Under the pieces are notes generated by a model, which had not been told where the DNA came from, did no database searches, and saw nothing but the letters and a program-made list of their open reading frames with translations. A stretch of DNA of 64,000 bases from Flavobacteriales bacterium (GTDB lineage Bacteria; Bacteroidota; Bacteroidia; NS11-12g; UBA955): NCBI GenBank assembly GCA_947487055.1, contig CANKVN010000002.1:820-64819 (forward strand), in the 5' to 3' direction. The translations under genes were made by a program, and so were the position numbers. Of this stretch, positions 47,865 to 56,656 are shown one piece after another; positions within the stretch are counted from its first letter, which is position 1, and each line of letters opens with the position of its first letter.

Positions 47865-48755
47865 TTACATCCAAAGAACTACCACCGGAGACAATACATG
47901 TATAACAATGGCCGCTTTTAACAATGCATCTGCCATGGGATAGATATTGCTGTTACTGCTAAAACGCACAAAAAGGCTCACAAACAGTGACATGCAAAGT
48001 GCAAAGAGGCTGATGATGCTGTAAAAGCCAATATTGGTATTGAAATTAAGGTTACCAAACAACCACAGCAAAACCACCAATAAGTTGACTGTAAACAACC
48101 ATTTTTTGGAAAATTCTGAGCCGGCAGAAACCACTACTGTTTTGTATCCGAAAATAATGTTTCCTGTATTGCCCTGAAGGTCTTTAACAACTTCCCTGTT
48201 GAAAGCCAACACCAGTAAACTTCCCAAATAAAGTAAAAATCCATAGTGCATTTGTGCAAAATGCAACCAAACTGCCAGCAAAGGAGAAATAGCCAGCAAA
48301 CTTGCCGAAACTTCACGAATAAGGGCGATTTTTTGGAGTTTATGGCTGTATAGCCAAAACAAAAACACCAAACCTGCCATAAAGATAAACACCTTGAACG
48401 ACGCTATCAATGCAAGCAATATGCACAGGATGGTAAAAATGGCATACGTATTAAGCAGGAATTCCTGCCCCATAAGCCTATACAATATAGCGAATTTTGA
48501 CCGATTTACCAAATCTTTATCGGCATCATAAAACACATTGATGATGAATGCGCCGGCAACCGCAAACGAAGAACTCAGCACGATAAGGTGCAGTTTTCGG
48601 TCCAGCAGTAACTGAATCATGGTGCGGTGTTCACCAAATACAAAAAAGGCAATAATATATTGGGCCAATGCCAGCAAAGCCACATTGTACCACCTAACTG
48701 CCCCCAAAAGAAGCATCAATTTGGTTAACCGTTTCCGGCTTTGGCCGGTACTCAT
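47865..48755 (-). CDS. UbiA-family prenyltransferase (unknown acceptor)
   Basis: About 8 TM. NVFYDADKD matches the UbiA Asp-rich motif N-x3-D-x3-D. 296 aa. Co-operonic with the mevalonate genes. Confidence 0.7.
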   Translation of the reverse strand: MSTGQSRKRLTKLMLLLGAVRWYNVALLALAQYIIAFFVFGEHRTMIQLLLDRKLHLIVLSSSFAVAGAFIINVFYDADKDLVNRSKFAILYRLMGQEFLLNTYAIFTILCILLALIASFKVFIFMAGLVFLFWLYSHKLQKIALIREVSASLLAISPLLAVWLHFAQMHYGFLLYLGSLLVLAFNREVVKDLQGNTGNIIFGYKTVVVSAGSEFSKKWLFTVNLLVVLLWLFGNLNFNTNIGFYSIISLFALCMSLFVSLFVRFSSNSNIYPMADALLKAAIVIHVLSPVVVLWM

Positions 48756-48757
48756 GA

Positions 48758-49702
48758 TTAGAATTTGTGAATGACCCGCAAGTTATGCTCTTTTAGCAAA
48801 TCCTGCGCTGTTGCCAAATCTTCTGTAAAACCCAGCACAAAACCTCCACCACCACTGCCACACAATTTCAGGTAATAGGCATTGGTTTCAATACCGGTTC
48901 TCCAAAGTGCTTCAAAATGCTCAGGAATCATGGGTTTGAAATTCTCCAAAAACAACTTGGACAGTTCTTTAAGGTTATCAAACAATGGGCGGGTATCCCC
49001 TTTCAGAAATGCCTTTATGCACTCATCGTTGTATTGTTTCAGTTTGGTTTTCACCAGGTTCCTGAAACCATCGTCTTTCAATTTTTGGAGAAACAAGGAA
49101 ACCATACCCTGGGTTTTGCCCGGAGAGCCGCTGTCCATGAGGAAAATAGCGCCTTTCCCTTCCATGTTTTCGGTAGGTATGGCAACCGCACCCAACTCTG
49201 TTTTGCCTTTGATGAGGATAGGGAGGTTTAAATAACAAATCAAAGGATCTAGGCCAGAACTTTTGCCGTGAAAATAGCTTTCCATGGCGGCTAAGGCCTG
49301 TTTCAGGTTCAGCAGAGAATCGTTATCCGTAATATCCTGCTCATCGATTTTATTTTGGGCATAGGCGTCGTAAATAGCGGCTACCAATGCACCACTGCTG
49401 CCAACACCAAACCCTTGGGGAATGCTGCTATCGAAATAAAGTCCTTTGTCAATATCCGCTTCCAGGCGCTTTAAATCCAGGGCACAAGGCAAAGAACCGC
49501 TCTGCTGGTTGGATTTTAAATATTCAAAGTATTCTCGTAATTGCCCGTTGCTCTCAGCAATATCCGCTTTGGAACCGTTTCCGGTAAACAGTAATTTGCC
49601 TTTGTAAAAATGATAAGGGATGCTCAAGCCCATGGCATCTTCAATGATACCGTATTCTCCAAACAAAAGTATTTTAGAATAGTAGAGGGTGTCTTTGAGC
49701 AT
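48758..49702 (-). CDS. GHMP-family kinase, mevalonate-kinase-like
   Basis: N-terminal KILLFGEYGII (MVK-like GK(I/V)(I/L)LFGEH with H->Y). GHMP motif 2 PQGFGVGSSGA. 314 aa. Confidence 0.7.
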   Translation of the reverse strand: MLKDTLYYSKILLFGEYGIIEDAMGLSIPYHFYKGKLLFTGNGSKADIAESNGQLREYFEYLKSNQQSGSLPCALDLKRLEADIDKGLYFDSSIPQGFGVGSSGALVAAIYDAYAQNKIDEQDITDNDSLLNLKQALAAMESYFHGKSSGLDPLICYLNLPILIKGKTELGAVAIPTENMEGKGAIFLMDSGSPGKTQGMVSLFLQKLKDDGFRNLVKTKLKQYNDECIKAFLKGDTRPLFDNLKELSKLFLENFKPMIPEHFEALWRTGIETNAYYLKLCGSGGGGFVLGFTEDLATAQDLLKEHNLRVIHKF

Positions 49703-49707
49703 TTTTA

Positions 49708-50751
49708 TTAAACTAATTTGGTCGGTGCTTTTCCTGTTTCAGTACAAAAGTACTGCTCATTTTGGCAATATAGTAACAACTGTTTTTCAATAAAGTTTGT
49801 AACAGCTGTTTTATGCGCTGCCGGGAACAGCAAATGGACATTGGCTCCGGCGTCCAGTGTAAACATTAATGGGATACCGGTTTCTTTCCTGAATTGCCAT
49901 ACCTGTTCAATAACAGCCAGCGTTCCGGGCCTCATCAAAATAAAATATGGATTGCTCAGCATCATCATGGCGTGCAATTGAAGGGCTTCATGCTCCACAA
50001 TATGGATGAACTGATTTACATCACCTTGATGAAAAGCTTCGCAAATTTGCGCAAGATGTTGTGTTGCTACCGAATACCTGGCGGCTGAATATGGGTTGTT
50101 ATTAAGCAAATCATGGCCCTGGGTACTGCTAACCGATTTCTCACCGGCATCAATAATCAATACCGCATCCATTAGCCCTGAAAGGTTGCGGCTGACAGGG
50201 GATTGCAATGGAATAGCAAAATCATCATTGCTGCCTTCTATCTGTGGATGAATGCCCCAGATGGCCGGTTCTGCAAATAAACTTCTGCAGGCACTACCGC
50301 TTCCCAGCCTGGCAATACTGCTGGCCAGTTGCACATCAAAATCTTTACCCAATAAGGTACTTTGCAAATCCACCAAACAACAGGCCAATGCGCCAAAACC
50401 TGCAGCACTGCTTGCAATACCTGTTCCATGCGGAAAGTTGTTTTGCGTTTTTATGGCCAATGCGTATTCCCTGACAACAGGGAGCTGCTCCCAGATTCTA
50501 TCAAAAAACTGGGTTAACTTGGGTTCAAAAGAAGGCTTGGGCTGATGATCAAACAAAAAGGTGAATTGAGGCTTTCCACTGGTGTTTTTGCCTGATAGTG
50601 AAACCGTTGTTTCTGCAAAAAGATCATTGAGGGTAATGCTGATGCTGGGATTTGCAGGCCATTGAATACCACCGGCTTTTTTACCCCAGTATTTCACCAA
50701 TGCAATATTGGAAGGGCATCTGTAGGTTGAAGAAAAATTCTCTGCTGCCAT
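49708..50751 (-). CDS. mvaD: diphosphomevalonate decarboxylase
   Basis: Hallmark SNIALVKYWGK motif. GHMP motif GTGIASSAAGFGA. Start set to the ATG at 50751 (1-nt TAATG overlap with the upstream gene). The ORF continues to 50778. Confidence 0.88.
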   Translation of the reverse strand: MAAENFSSTYRCPSNIALVKYWGKKAGGIQWPANPSISITLNDLFAETTVSLSGKNTSGKPQFTFLFDHQPKPSFEPKLTQFFDRIWEQLPVVREYALAIKTQNNFPHGTGIASSAAGFGALACCLVDLQSTLLGKDFDVQLASSIARLGSGSACRSLFAEPAIWGIHPQIEGSNDDFAIPLQSPVSRNLSGLMDAVLIIDAGEKSVSSTQGHDLLNNNPYSAARYSVATQHLAQICEAFHQGDVNQFIHIVEHEALQLHAMMMLSNPYFILMRPGTLAVIEQVWQFRKETGIPLMFTLDAGANVHLLFPAAHKTAVTNFIEKQLLLYCQNEQYFCTETGKAPTKLV

Positions 50752-51680
50752 TATTGATTGATGATAAATTCGTTCCAAGGTTGAATGGTCATCGATTCAA
50801 CCAATTCAGGATATGCATCCAGGGTAGTTTGGTTAACCAGCAAAACATCTCCGCCCCAGGCACCCAGGTATTTGCACAATCCTCCCTTTACAGCTGCTAT
50901 ACCCAAATTATCGTATGCCCTTGGCAACTCCAAACGCTGACCCAGCAAAGCCTGCCACATTTCCAGCATGGCTTCGAGCATAGGCAAACTGCGGGGCTGC
51001 TTAATTGCACCAATACAGGCATTCATTTGTTGCAGCAAGGCAACATCCCGGCTCATCAGATCCAGTTTTTCATGCACTGCGTTAAGCGATTCCCTGCTGT
51101 TTTGCTTTTCACCGGGAAAGACCAGAAACCAGTCTTGTGACAATTGACCTGAAAATTGCCAGTTTGACCAACAGGGGCGATCTTCTTCCAGCCAGTAAAC
51201 TACCGGTTTGCCGAGCATGCCAACCGCTATATCGTAACCACTGCCCCCAAAAACGGACTTTTGCAGTTTAAATGCATCCATACCGCTCCATTTGGCGAGG
51301 TTACAAACAAGGGTGCTGCTGCTTCCCAGCCCGAAAGTCCTGTCAAACTCACACTGGGTCTCAATACGAATATTTCTATGTTCAAACAGCGCAGGATTAA
51401 CTAATTGAATCTCGCGCAGCAATTTGATTAAGGTATCAGACGTGCCTTCATCGGTGGTTTCTGTGGCATGCATGATATCGGTATCGATTCTGCATTCGAA
51501 CCAAACGCTGCCATCGGCATCTTTGCTTTGCCAAACCATTTTGGAAACCCCTTTTGCGGGCATTTCCCAAACATGTTGCCACTGCCCTATCCTGGTAGGA
51601 AATGCAAGTGCTTCCACACCTGCCAAAACAGCGTATTCGCCGGCCAGCAGGACTTTACCATGTGAAAAATAAGACCTCAA
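50751..51680 (-). CDS. GHMP-family kinase, phosphomevalonate-kinase-like
   Basis: N-terminal HGKVLLAGEYAVLAG (PMK/ERG8-like GKVLLAGGY). GHMP motif GLGSSST. 309 aa. Confidence 0.65.
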   Translation of the reverse strand: MRSYFSHGKVLLAGEYAVLAGVEALAFPTRIGQWQHVWEMPAKGVSKMVWQSKDADGSVWFECRIDTDIMHATETTDEGTSDTLIKLLREIQLVNPALFEHRNIRIETQCEFDRTFGLGSSSTLVCNLAKWSGMDAFKLQKSVFGGSGYDIAVGMLGKPVVYWLEEDRPCWSNWQFSGQLSQDWFLVFPGEKQNSRESLNAVHEKLDLMSRDVALLQQMNACIGAIKQPRSLPMLEAMLEMWQALLGQRLELPRAYDNLGIAAVKGGLCKYLGAWGGDVLLVNQTTLDAYPELVESMTIQPWNEFIINQ

Positions 51681-53036
51681 TTATGCTTGATTTATGGATT
51701 GATCTTGTTGAATTCCGCGCACCTGACAAAACACCCTTACCGCTTCGGAATAGCTAACAACATGGTCTTTGAAGTACTCAACCACTTGCTCTTTTTCTGA
51801 ATCCGTAGCCTCCAGCTGATTGAGGATATTCAACAAGTGCATTTTCATATGTCCTTTTTGAATACCGCTGGTTATTAGGCTTCGAACTGCACTAAAATTT
51901 TGTGCCAAACCGGCTACAGCCACAATCTCCATCAATTCTCTGGCGCCGGGATTACCCAGGATTTCGTGGGCAAACTTCACCATGGGGTGAAGATTGGTGA
52001 TACCGCCTACAGTGCCGAGAGAAAGGGGAATTTCCAGGGAAAACACAAAGCGATTGTTCACAACCTCTGCATGGCTAAGGCTACGGTAGCTACCTGTTCT
52101 TGCGGCAAAAGCATGACCACAGGCTTCAATAGCCCTAAAATCATTGCCGGTGGCGAGCACAACCGCATCAATTCCATTCATGATGCCTTTGTTGTGGGTA
52201 ACAGCCCTGTAAGGCTCTATTTCTGCAATGCGTATCGCCCTGCAAAACTTATCGGCAAACTCACTGTTGCTGATACCACTTCCCTCATTAATATCTTCGA
52301 TTGCACAAGAAACCTCAGCACGCACCAAGCATTCCGGGGTATAATTGCTCAAAATGCTCATGACTATCTGAACGTGGCGTTCTTCATCCGCGAGCATGGT
52401 TGTTTCTGCCAGCTCTTCCTGCAGGGTTTTGGCAAACCTTTCCAGGCAGGAATTGATAAAATTGGCCCCCATGCTGTCACAGGTTTCGAAAGTGGCCTGC
52501 AACTGGAAATATCCGGGTTCCAAATCTGTTTTGTCCACCAAAATAATATCAGAAACACCGCCACCGCGGAGCACCATGTTGCGGGTGATGTCTTCTGATT
52601 TCTCAAAAAAGGCATTTTTGCTGGCGGCAAAAAATTCTTTCAACTTTTCTGCTTCGCTACCGGACCAGATAAAATGCACATGGCCAACCTTTTGTGTACT
52701 GATAATCCGGGTTCTAAATCCGCCCCGATCCATCCAGAAATTGGCTGCTTTGGCGGCTGCAGCGACAACACTGCTCTCTTCTATTGCCATGGGCAAAGCA
52801 TATAGCTTGCCATTGATTAAAAAATTTGGTGCAACACCAAAAGGCAAATAATAATTGCTGATGGTATTTTCGATGAATTCATCGTGTAGTTGCTGAACCT
52901 CGGCATCTTTGTGCCAGTAGCCACCCAGCATACCCAATGTTTGTTCGGGTTTCTGGCTATAATGATTCACCAGCCATGCCAATTTGGCCTGCTTGGTAAG
53001 CTTGCTAAAACCTTTTATGGGCTGAACGTTTTTCAT
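51681..53036 (-). CDS. hydroxymethylglutaryl-CoA reductase (class II-like)
   Basis: EESSVVAAAAKAANF and DSMGANFINS motifs (class II ENxxG / DAMGAN pattern). 451 aa. Confidence 0.88.
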   Translation of the reverse strand: MKNVQPIKGFSKLTKQAKLAWLVNHYSQKPEQTLGMLGGYWHKDAEVQQLHDEFIENTISNYYLPFGVAPNFLINGKLYALPMAIEESSVVAAAAKAANFWMDRGGFRTRIISTQKVGHVHFIWSGSEAEKLKEFFAASKNAFFEKSEDITRNMVLRGGGVSDIILVDKTDLEPGYFQLQATFETCDSMGANFINSCLERFAKTLQEELAETTMLADEERHVQIVMSILSNYTPECLVRAEVSCAIEDINEGSGISNSEFADKFCRAIRIAEIEPYRAVTHNKGIMNGIDAVVLATGNDFRAIEACGHAFAARTGSYRSLSHAEVVNNRFVFSLEIPLSLGTVGGITNLHPMVKFAHEILGNPGARELMEIVAVAGLAQNFSAVRSLITSGIQKGHMKMHLLNILNQLEATDSEKEQVVEYFKDHVVSYSEAVRVFCQVRGIQQDQSINQA

Positions 53037-54040
53037 TTTTTTACGGTAAGAAAAGTGTAGGCAAGTGATAGCCCTTTGATTTGGGCGGCTGTAAATTCCA
53101 TGAGTTCATCCTCGCTGCGCATGGCATGCTTTAAAAATGCGGAAGCCTGAGCGTATAAGGTTTTCCACGGCAAGGATTGCACACAATAGTAACCATCCAG
53201 AAAATTCTGAATTCCTCCGGAAACAATAAATGCCCTGGCATGAACCTTGTTTTCTGCCGCTGTGCACAATCCTTTGGCATGCTCCAGCATTTCATAGGGA
53301 CTGTGCCCTATTCTGGCAACGGGCTCGTATTGTTCGCGAAAAAATTCGTCGCGGCGCAGGTTTTCCAGCAAACTAAAGTTGGTACCACCACGGGCGCCAA
53401 ACTCAATGGCTTCGAGTGGCAATGCTGCCAGGGCTGCCAAACTTTTTGGACCAAAACCCTGTCCAACTTCTTTAACCATAAGCGGAAAATCCACCGCATC
53501 GAGCAACCTTTTGATGGTATCAATCGGAGGATGAAGAATGGTATCGCCTTCAGGCTGTAGCCATTCCTGCAAAGGATTTACATGAACGATAAGTCCGTCT
53601 GCTTCCAGTTTGTGCACCATATCGCGGATTTGCTCCACCTTCCCGAGCGAAATCAGTTCCTCTATTTGGGCAATTCCAAGGTTGGCAAACAGCGGTTGTT
53701 CGCCAATGTGTTTTCTTACGGCAAAGTCGTGAAAGTATTCATTGCCCTCCAGCAGTGGCCTGCAGCTTCCCAAGCCCATGCCAAGGCCAAATTCCTTGCA
53801 GGCGAGCGCTAAATTGCGGTTGATATTTCCGGCCATTTGAGCACCACCTGTCATGCTGCTAATCCACAAAGGGGCTTTCAGTAATTTACCGGCCATTTGC
53901 AAGGCTGGAATTGCTTGTTCCTGGGGATGCGCATGCAGCATGGGTTCATAATCAAATCGATTATCTACATGTTGCGTTTGCGCTTCAAAAGCGAGCTGAA
54001 TGTGGTCTACTTTTCGTGAGCTAAGATCGGGCTGTTCCAA
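53033..54040 (-). CDS. fni: type 2 isopentenyl-diphosphate delta-isomerase (FMN-dependent)
   Basis: SSMTGG...GxGMGxGS and C-terminal IDI-2 motifs. 335 aa. 4-nt overlap with HMGR. Confidence 0.88.
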   Translation of the reverse strand: MEQPDLSSRKVDHIQLAFEAQTQHVDNRFDYEPMLHAHPQEQAIPALQMAGKLLKAPLWISSMTGGAQMAGNINRNLALACKEFGLGMGLGSCRPLLEGNEYFHDFAVRKHIGEQPLFANLGIAQIEELISLGKVEQIRDMVHKLEADGLIVHVNPLQEWLQPEGDTILHPPIDTIKRLLDAVDFPLMVKEVGQGFGPKSLAALAALPLEAIEFGARGGTNFSLLENLRRDEFFREQYEPVARIGHSPYEMLEHAKGLCTAAENKVHARAFIVSGGIQNFLDGYYCVQSLPWKTLYAQASAFLKHAMRSEDELMEFTAAQIKGLSLAYTFLTVKK

Positions 54041-54123
54041 AATATATACAAAGGTAACGAATAGAAAGGTGGAAAGTTTGATAACTTGTCGTTAAACAAG
54101 CACCTTCAATCGTTTAATAACCA

Positions 54124-54462
54124 CTACGGCTGCAGTTTTGGATTGTTTATGTGCCGGTCTGCATCCCGGATGTTTTTCTTTTCCAGATTTCGATAAAAAG
54201 CTTCGGTTAAATCCACACCGGTTTGGTTTGCCAAACAAATCAAAACCCACAAAATATCCGCCATTTCATCGGGCAGGTTTTTACTTAAATCTGAAGGCTT
54301 ATTGCTCTGATCGCCATAGGTACGGGCCATAATGCGGGCCAGCTCACCCACCTCTTCTGTTAAAATAGCCATATTGGTTAACTCGGAAAAATACCGAACG
54401 CCAACTGTTTTAATCCACTGATCAACCTGGGCCTGCGCTTCGGACAAAGAAAGGTTTTGCAT
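54124..54462 (-). CDS. MazG-like nucleotide pyrophosphohydrolase domain protein
   Basis: EExGE...E motif (LTEEVGELARIM...DEMADILWVL). 112 aa. Confidence 0.75.
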   Translation of the reverse strand: MQNLSLSEAQAQVDQWIKTVGVRYFSELTNMAILTEEVGELARIMARTYGDQSNKPSDLSKNLPDEMADILWVLICLANQTGVDLTEAFYRNLEKKNIRDADRHINNPKLQP

Positions 54463-54501
54463 GTTGCAAACTTACATTGCATTGGGTAACATTGCATACA
54501 G

Positions 54502-55014
54502 ATGGAGCTACCGGTTATTTATCATCCAGATGGATTTGTTTTTCGCGAAATGCAACCAGCCGATGCGGATGCCATCCTCGAAATCAACCAGGATCCTCTA
54601 ACACAAGAATTTACCCGCCTAAACCGACAGCAGACCGCCGCAGACATTAAATCCTGGCTTGGTTATTATCCGCATTACCGAAGACATGGTTTTGGGCTTT
54701 GGGCGATTGAGCACATTGCAACCCAGACACTGACAGGGCTCTGCGGATTGCGAAGCAGGAGTGATTTACAAGGTTTGATTGATATTAGCTACCGCATGCA
54801 TCCAAATTGGCGCGGCCAAGGCATTGCATCTTCGGCAATAGATGCTTGCTTAGGATTCGGGTTTAACCAATTGGGGCTGGAGAAAATATTGGCTCAGGTG
54901 CATGTAGAAAATTCGGCATCGCTGCATTTGCTAAAGGGGAAAGGTTTTTTTGAAACCCACAATGACGGCACCTGGATCGATTTGTGGCTATCCAAGAAAC
55001 CCTTAGAAAGGTGA
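54502..55014 (+). CDS. GNAT-family N-acetyltransferase (RimJ/RimL-like)
   Basis: Acetyl-CoA binding R-x2-GxG/A (WRGQGIASSAIDA). 170 aa. Confidence 0.75.
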   Translation: MELPVIYHPDGFVFREMQPADADAILEINQDPLTQEFTRLNRQQTAADIKSWLGYYPHYRRHGFGLWAIEHIATQTLTGLCGLRSRSDLQGLIDISYRMHPNWRGQGIASSAIDACLGFGFNQLGLEKILAQVHVENSASLHLLKGKGFFETHNDGTWIDLWLSKKPLER

Positions 55015-55545
55015 GTGAAACAGGGTGAAATCGGGATGTATTTTGTCTTTATCGGACAAAACAGGTTCGGTTGTTTTCCAGTCTATCTGCAGGGTTGGGC
55101 AGTTCCACAGCAAACCACCTTCATGATCCGGCGCATAGTAATCGCTGCATTTGTACTGAAATATGGTTTGGTCCTCCAAGGTTGCAAATCCATGTGCAAA
55201 ACCTTTAGGAATGAACAACATAAGGAAATTTTCGGCTGTTAATTCCACCGCAAAAACCTTTCCGTAGGTTGGTGAATTTTTGCGGATATCTACGGCAACA
55301 TCCAGAACGGCACCGGCCACAACACGTACCAGTTTATCCTGTGCCCTTGGTGGCGACTGAAAATGCAAACCCCTCACAATGCCTTTGTTGGAAAGGCTTT
55401 GATTATCTTGAACGAAACTGACATCAAGGCCTATTTTGGCGAAGAAATCGGCACGATAACTTTCATAAAAATGACCGCGATGATCCGCAAAAACCTTGGG
55501 TTTAAGCAGCAGTAATCCGGGTAAAGGCTCTTGTATAATTTCCAT
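55003..55545 (-). CDS. rfbC: dTDP-4-dehydrorhamnose 3,5-epimerase
   Basis: RmlC cupin motifs (FADHRGHFYE..., VRGLHFQ, KGFAHGF). 180 aa. Confidence 0.9.
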   Translation of the reverse strand: MEIIQEPLPGLLLLKPKVFADHRGHFYESYRADFFAKIGLDVSFVQDNQSLSNKGIVRGLHFQSPPRAQDKLVRVVAGAVLDVAVDIRKNSPTYGKVFAVELTAENFLMLFIPKGFAHGFATLEDQTIFQYKCSDYYAPDHEGGLLWNCPTLQIDWKTTEPVLSDKDKIHPDFTLFHSPF

Positions 55546-55595
55546 CTAATTGGACACCTGCAAATATTTTGAATTTAAAAGACTTTTTGTAAATT

Positions 55596-55603
55596 TACAT
55601 TTG
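55596..55603 (+). promoter_or_regulatory. candidate -7 box TACATTTG (Bacteroidota TAnnTTTG) for the coiled-coil gene
   Basis: 24 nt upstream of the ATG at 55627. A TTTG lies at 55568-55571 at a roughly -33-compatible distance. Confidence 0.3.
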
Positions 55604-55626
55604 CACACAAAGTTAAAAACTAACCA

Positions 55627-56556
55627 ATGGAAAACACGCCCATGAATCAAGCCGACCAGAAAAACCGCAACAGCAAAGCCCTGTTGTACACCATCATCGG
55701 CGTTTTACTCGCCCTCAATGCCGGATTATTCTACATGTGGCAAAAGGGAGGTAAGGAAAAAGAAACCGTTGAGAAAAAACTGGTTACCACCACAGACAAC
55801 CTTAAAGAAAAAACAGCTGCGCTGGAAGAAGCCGATTATTTGCTGGAAAAATTCCGCCGTGACAGTGCCGCCCTGGTCAACAACAATAAGGAACTGAACA
55901 CCGACCTGATAAAGAAGAAAAATGAAATCTCTGCCTTGGTTGCCAAACTGAAAAACAACAAAAACAGCAGCGATAAGGAAATTGCAGAGCTGCAAGCCAA
56001 AATTCAGGAGTTGAATGAACAGCTGGAAGAGTTGCAGAAAGAAAATAAAGAGTTGAAAGAGGTAAACACACAGCTTAAAAACGAAAAAGAAACCGCAGAG
56101 GCAGAAAACAAACAACTGTCCGTAGAAAAGAAGAAATACAAAAGCATTGCCCAACGTTTGCAGGCCAATGGTGTTAAGGTCGAGGTATTGAAAAAACGAT
56201 GGATTACCGGCAAAGAGGCAACCACAACCAAAGCCAAAGACGTAGAAGCCTTTAGAACAACCTTTGCTTTGGGAGAAAACAAAGTGGCTGAACCCGGTGA
56301 GAAAACCATTTACGTTAAAATCACAGGCCCTGAGGGCACCACACTTGCCAATCCAGGAAACGAAGGAGGAACATTCAACTTCGAAGACAAACAGAGCAAA
56401 TTCACCTATAAATTCACGGTAGAATTCGACCAGGAAAGCAAACCTGTTCCGGCAACCAAATGGCGCCCTGCCAGGGATTTGAAAAAAGGGAAATACAGCA
56501 TTGAACTCTATTGCGACGGCTTTAAAATAGGTACGCAATCGGTTGAGCTGAAATAA
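55627..56556 (+). CDS. membrane-anchored coiled-coil protein with C-terminal beta-rich domain (hypothetical)
   Basis: N-terminal TM (LLYTIIGVLLALNAGLFYMW). About 130 aa of K/E/L/N-rich heptad-like coiled coil. C-terminal about 110-aa non-repetitive domain. Confidence 0.6.
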   Translation: MENTPMNQADQKNRNSKALLYTIIGVLLALNAGLFYMWQKGGKEKETVEKKLVTTTDNLKEKTAALEEADYLLEKFRRDSAALVNNNKELNTDLIKKKNEISALVAKLKNNKNSSDKEIAELQAKIQELNEQLEELQKENKELKEVNTQLKNEKETAEAENKQLSVEKKKYKSIAQRLQANGVKVEVLKKRWITGKEATTTKAKDVEAFRTTFALGENKVAEPGEKTIYVKITGPEGTTLANPGNEGGTFNFEDKQSKFTYKFTVEFDQESKPVPATKWRPARDLKKGKYSIELYCDGFKIGTQSVELK

Positions 56557-56577
56557 GCAAACAACACATTCATTTAA

Positions 56578-56606
56578 AAACCATCCACATTGGATGGTTT
56601 TTTTTA
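56578..56606 (+). terminator. rho-independent terminator after the coiled-coil gene (ccatcca-cat-tggatgg then T9)
   Basis: Perfect 7-bp stem at 56581-56597 followed by tttttttt. Confidence 0.75.
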
Positions 56607-56656
56607 TATTTGATAATGCGAATTTACATTTGGCGTTTATTGACTCAAATCTAAAC

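Noticed and set aside
50751-50778. Longer MVD start (ATG at 50778, MERIYHQSI...)
   Set aside because: It would overlap the upstream kinase by 28 nt. The ATG at 50751 gives a 1-nt TAATG coupling and an N-terminus (MAAENFSS...CPSNIALVKYWGK) that matches MVD family starts. The choice is uncertain.
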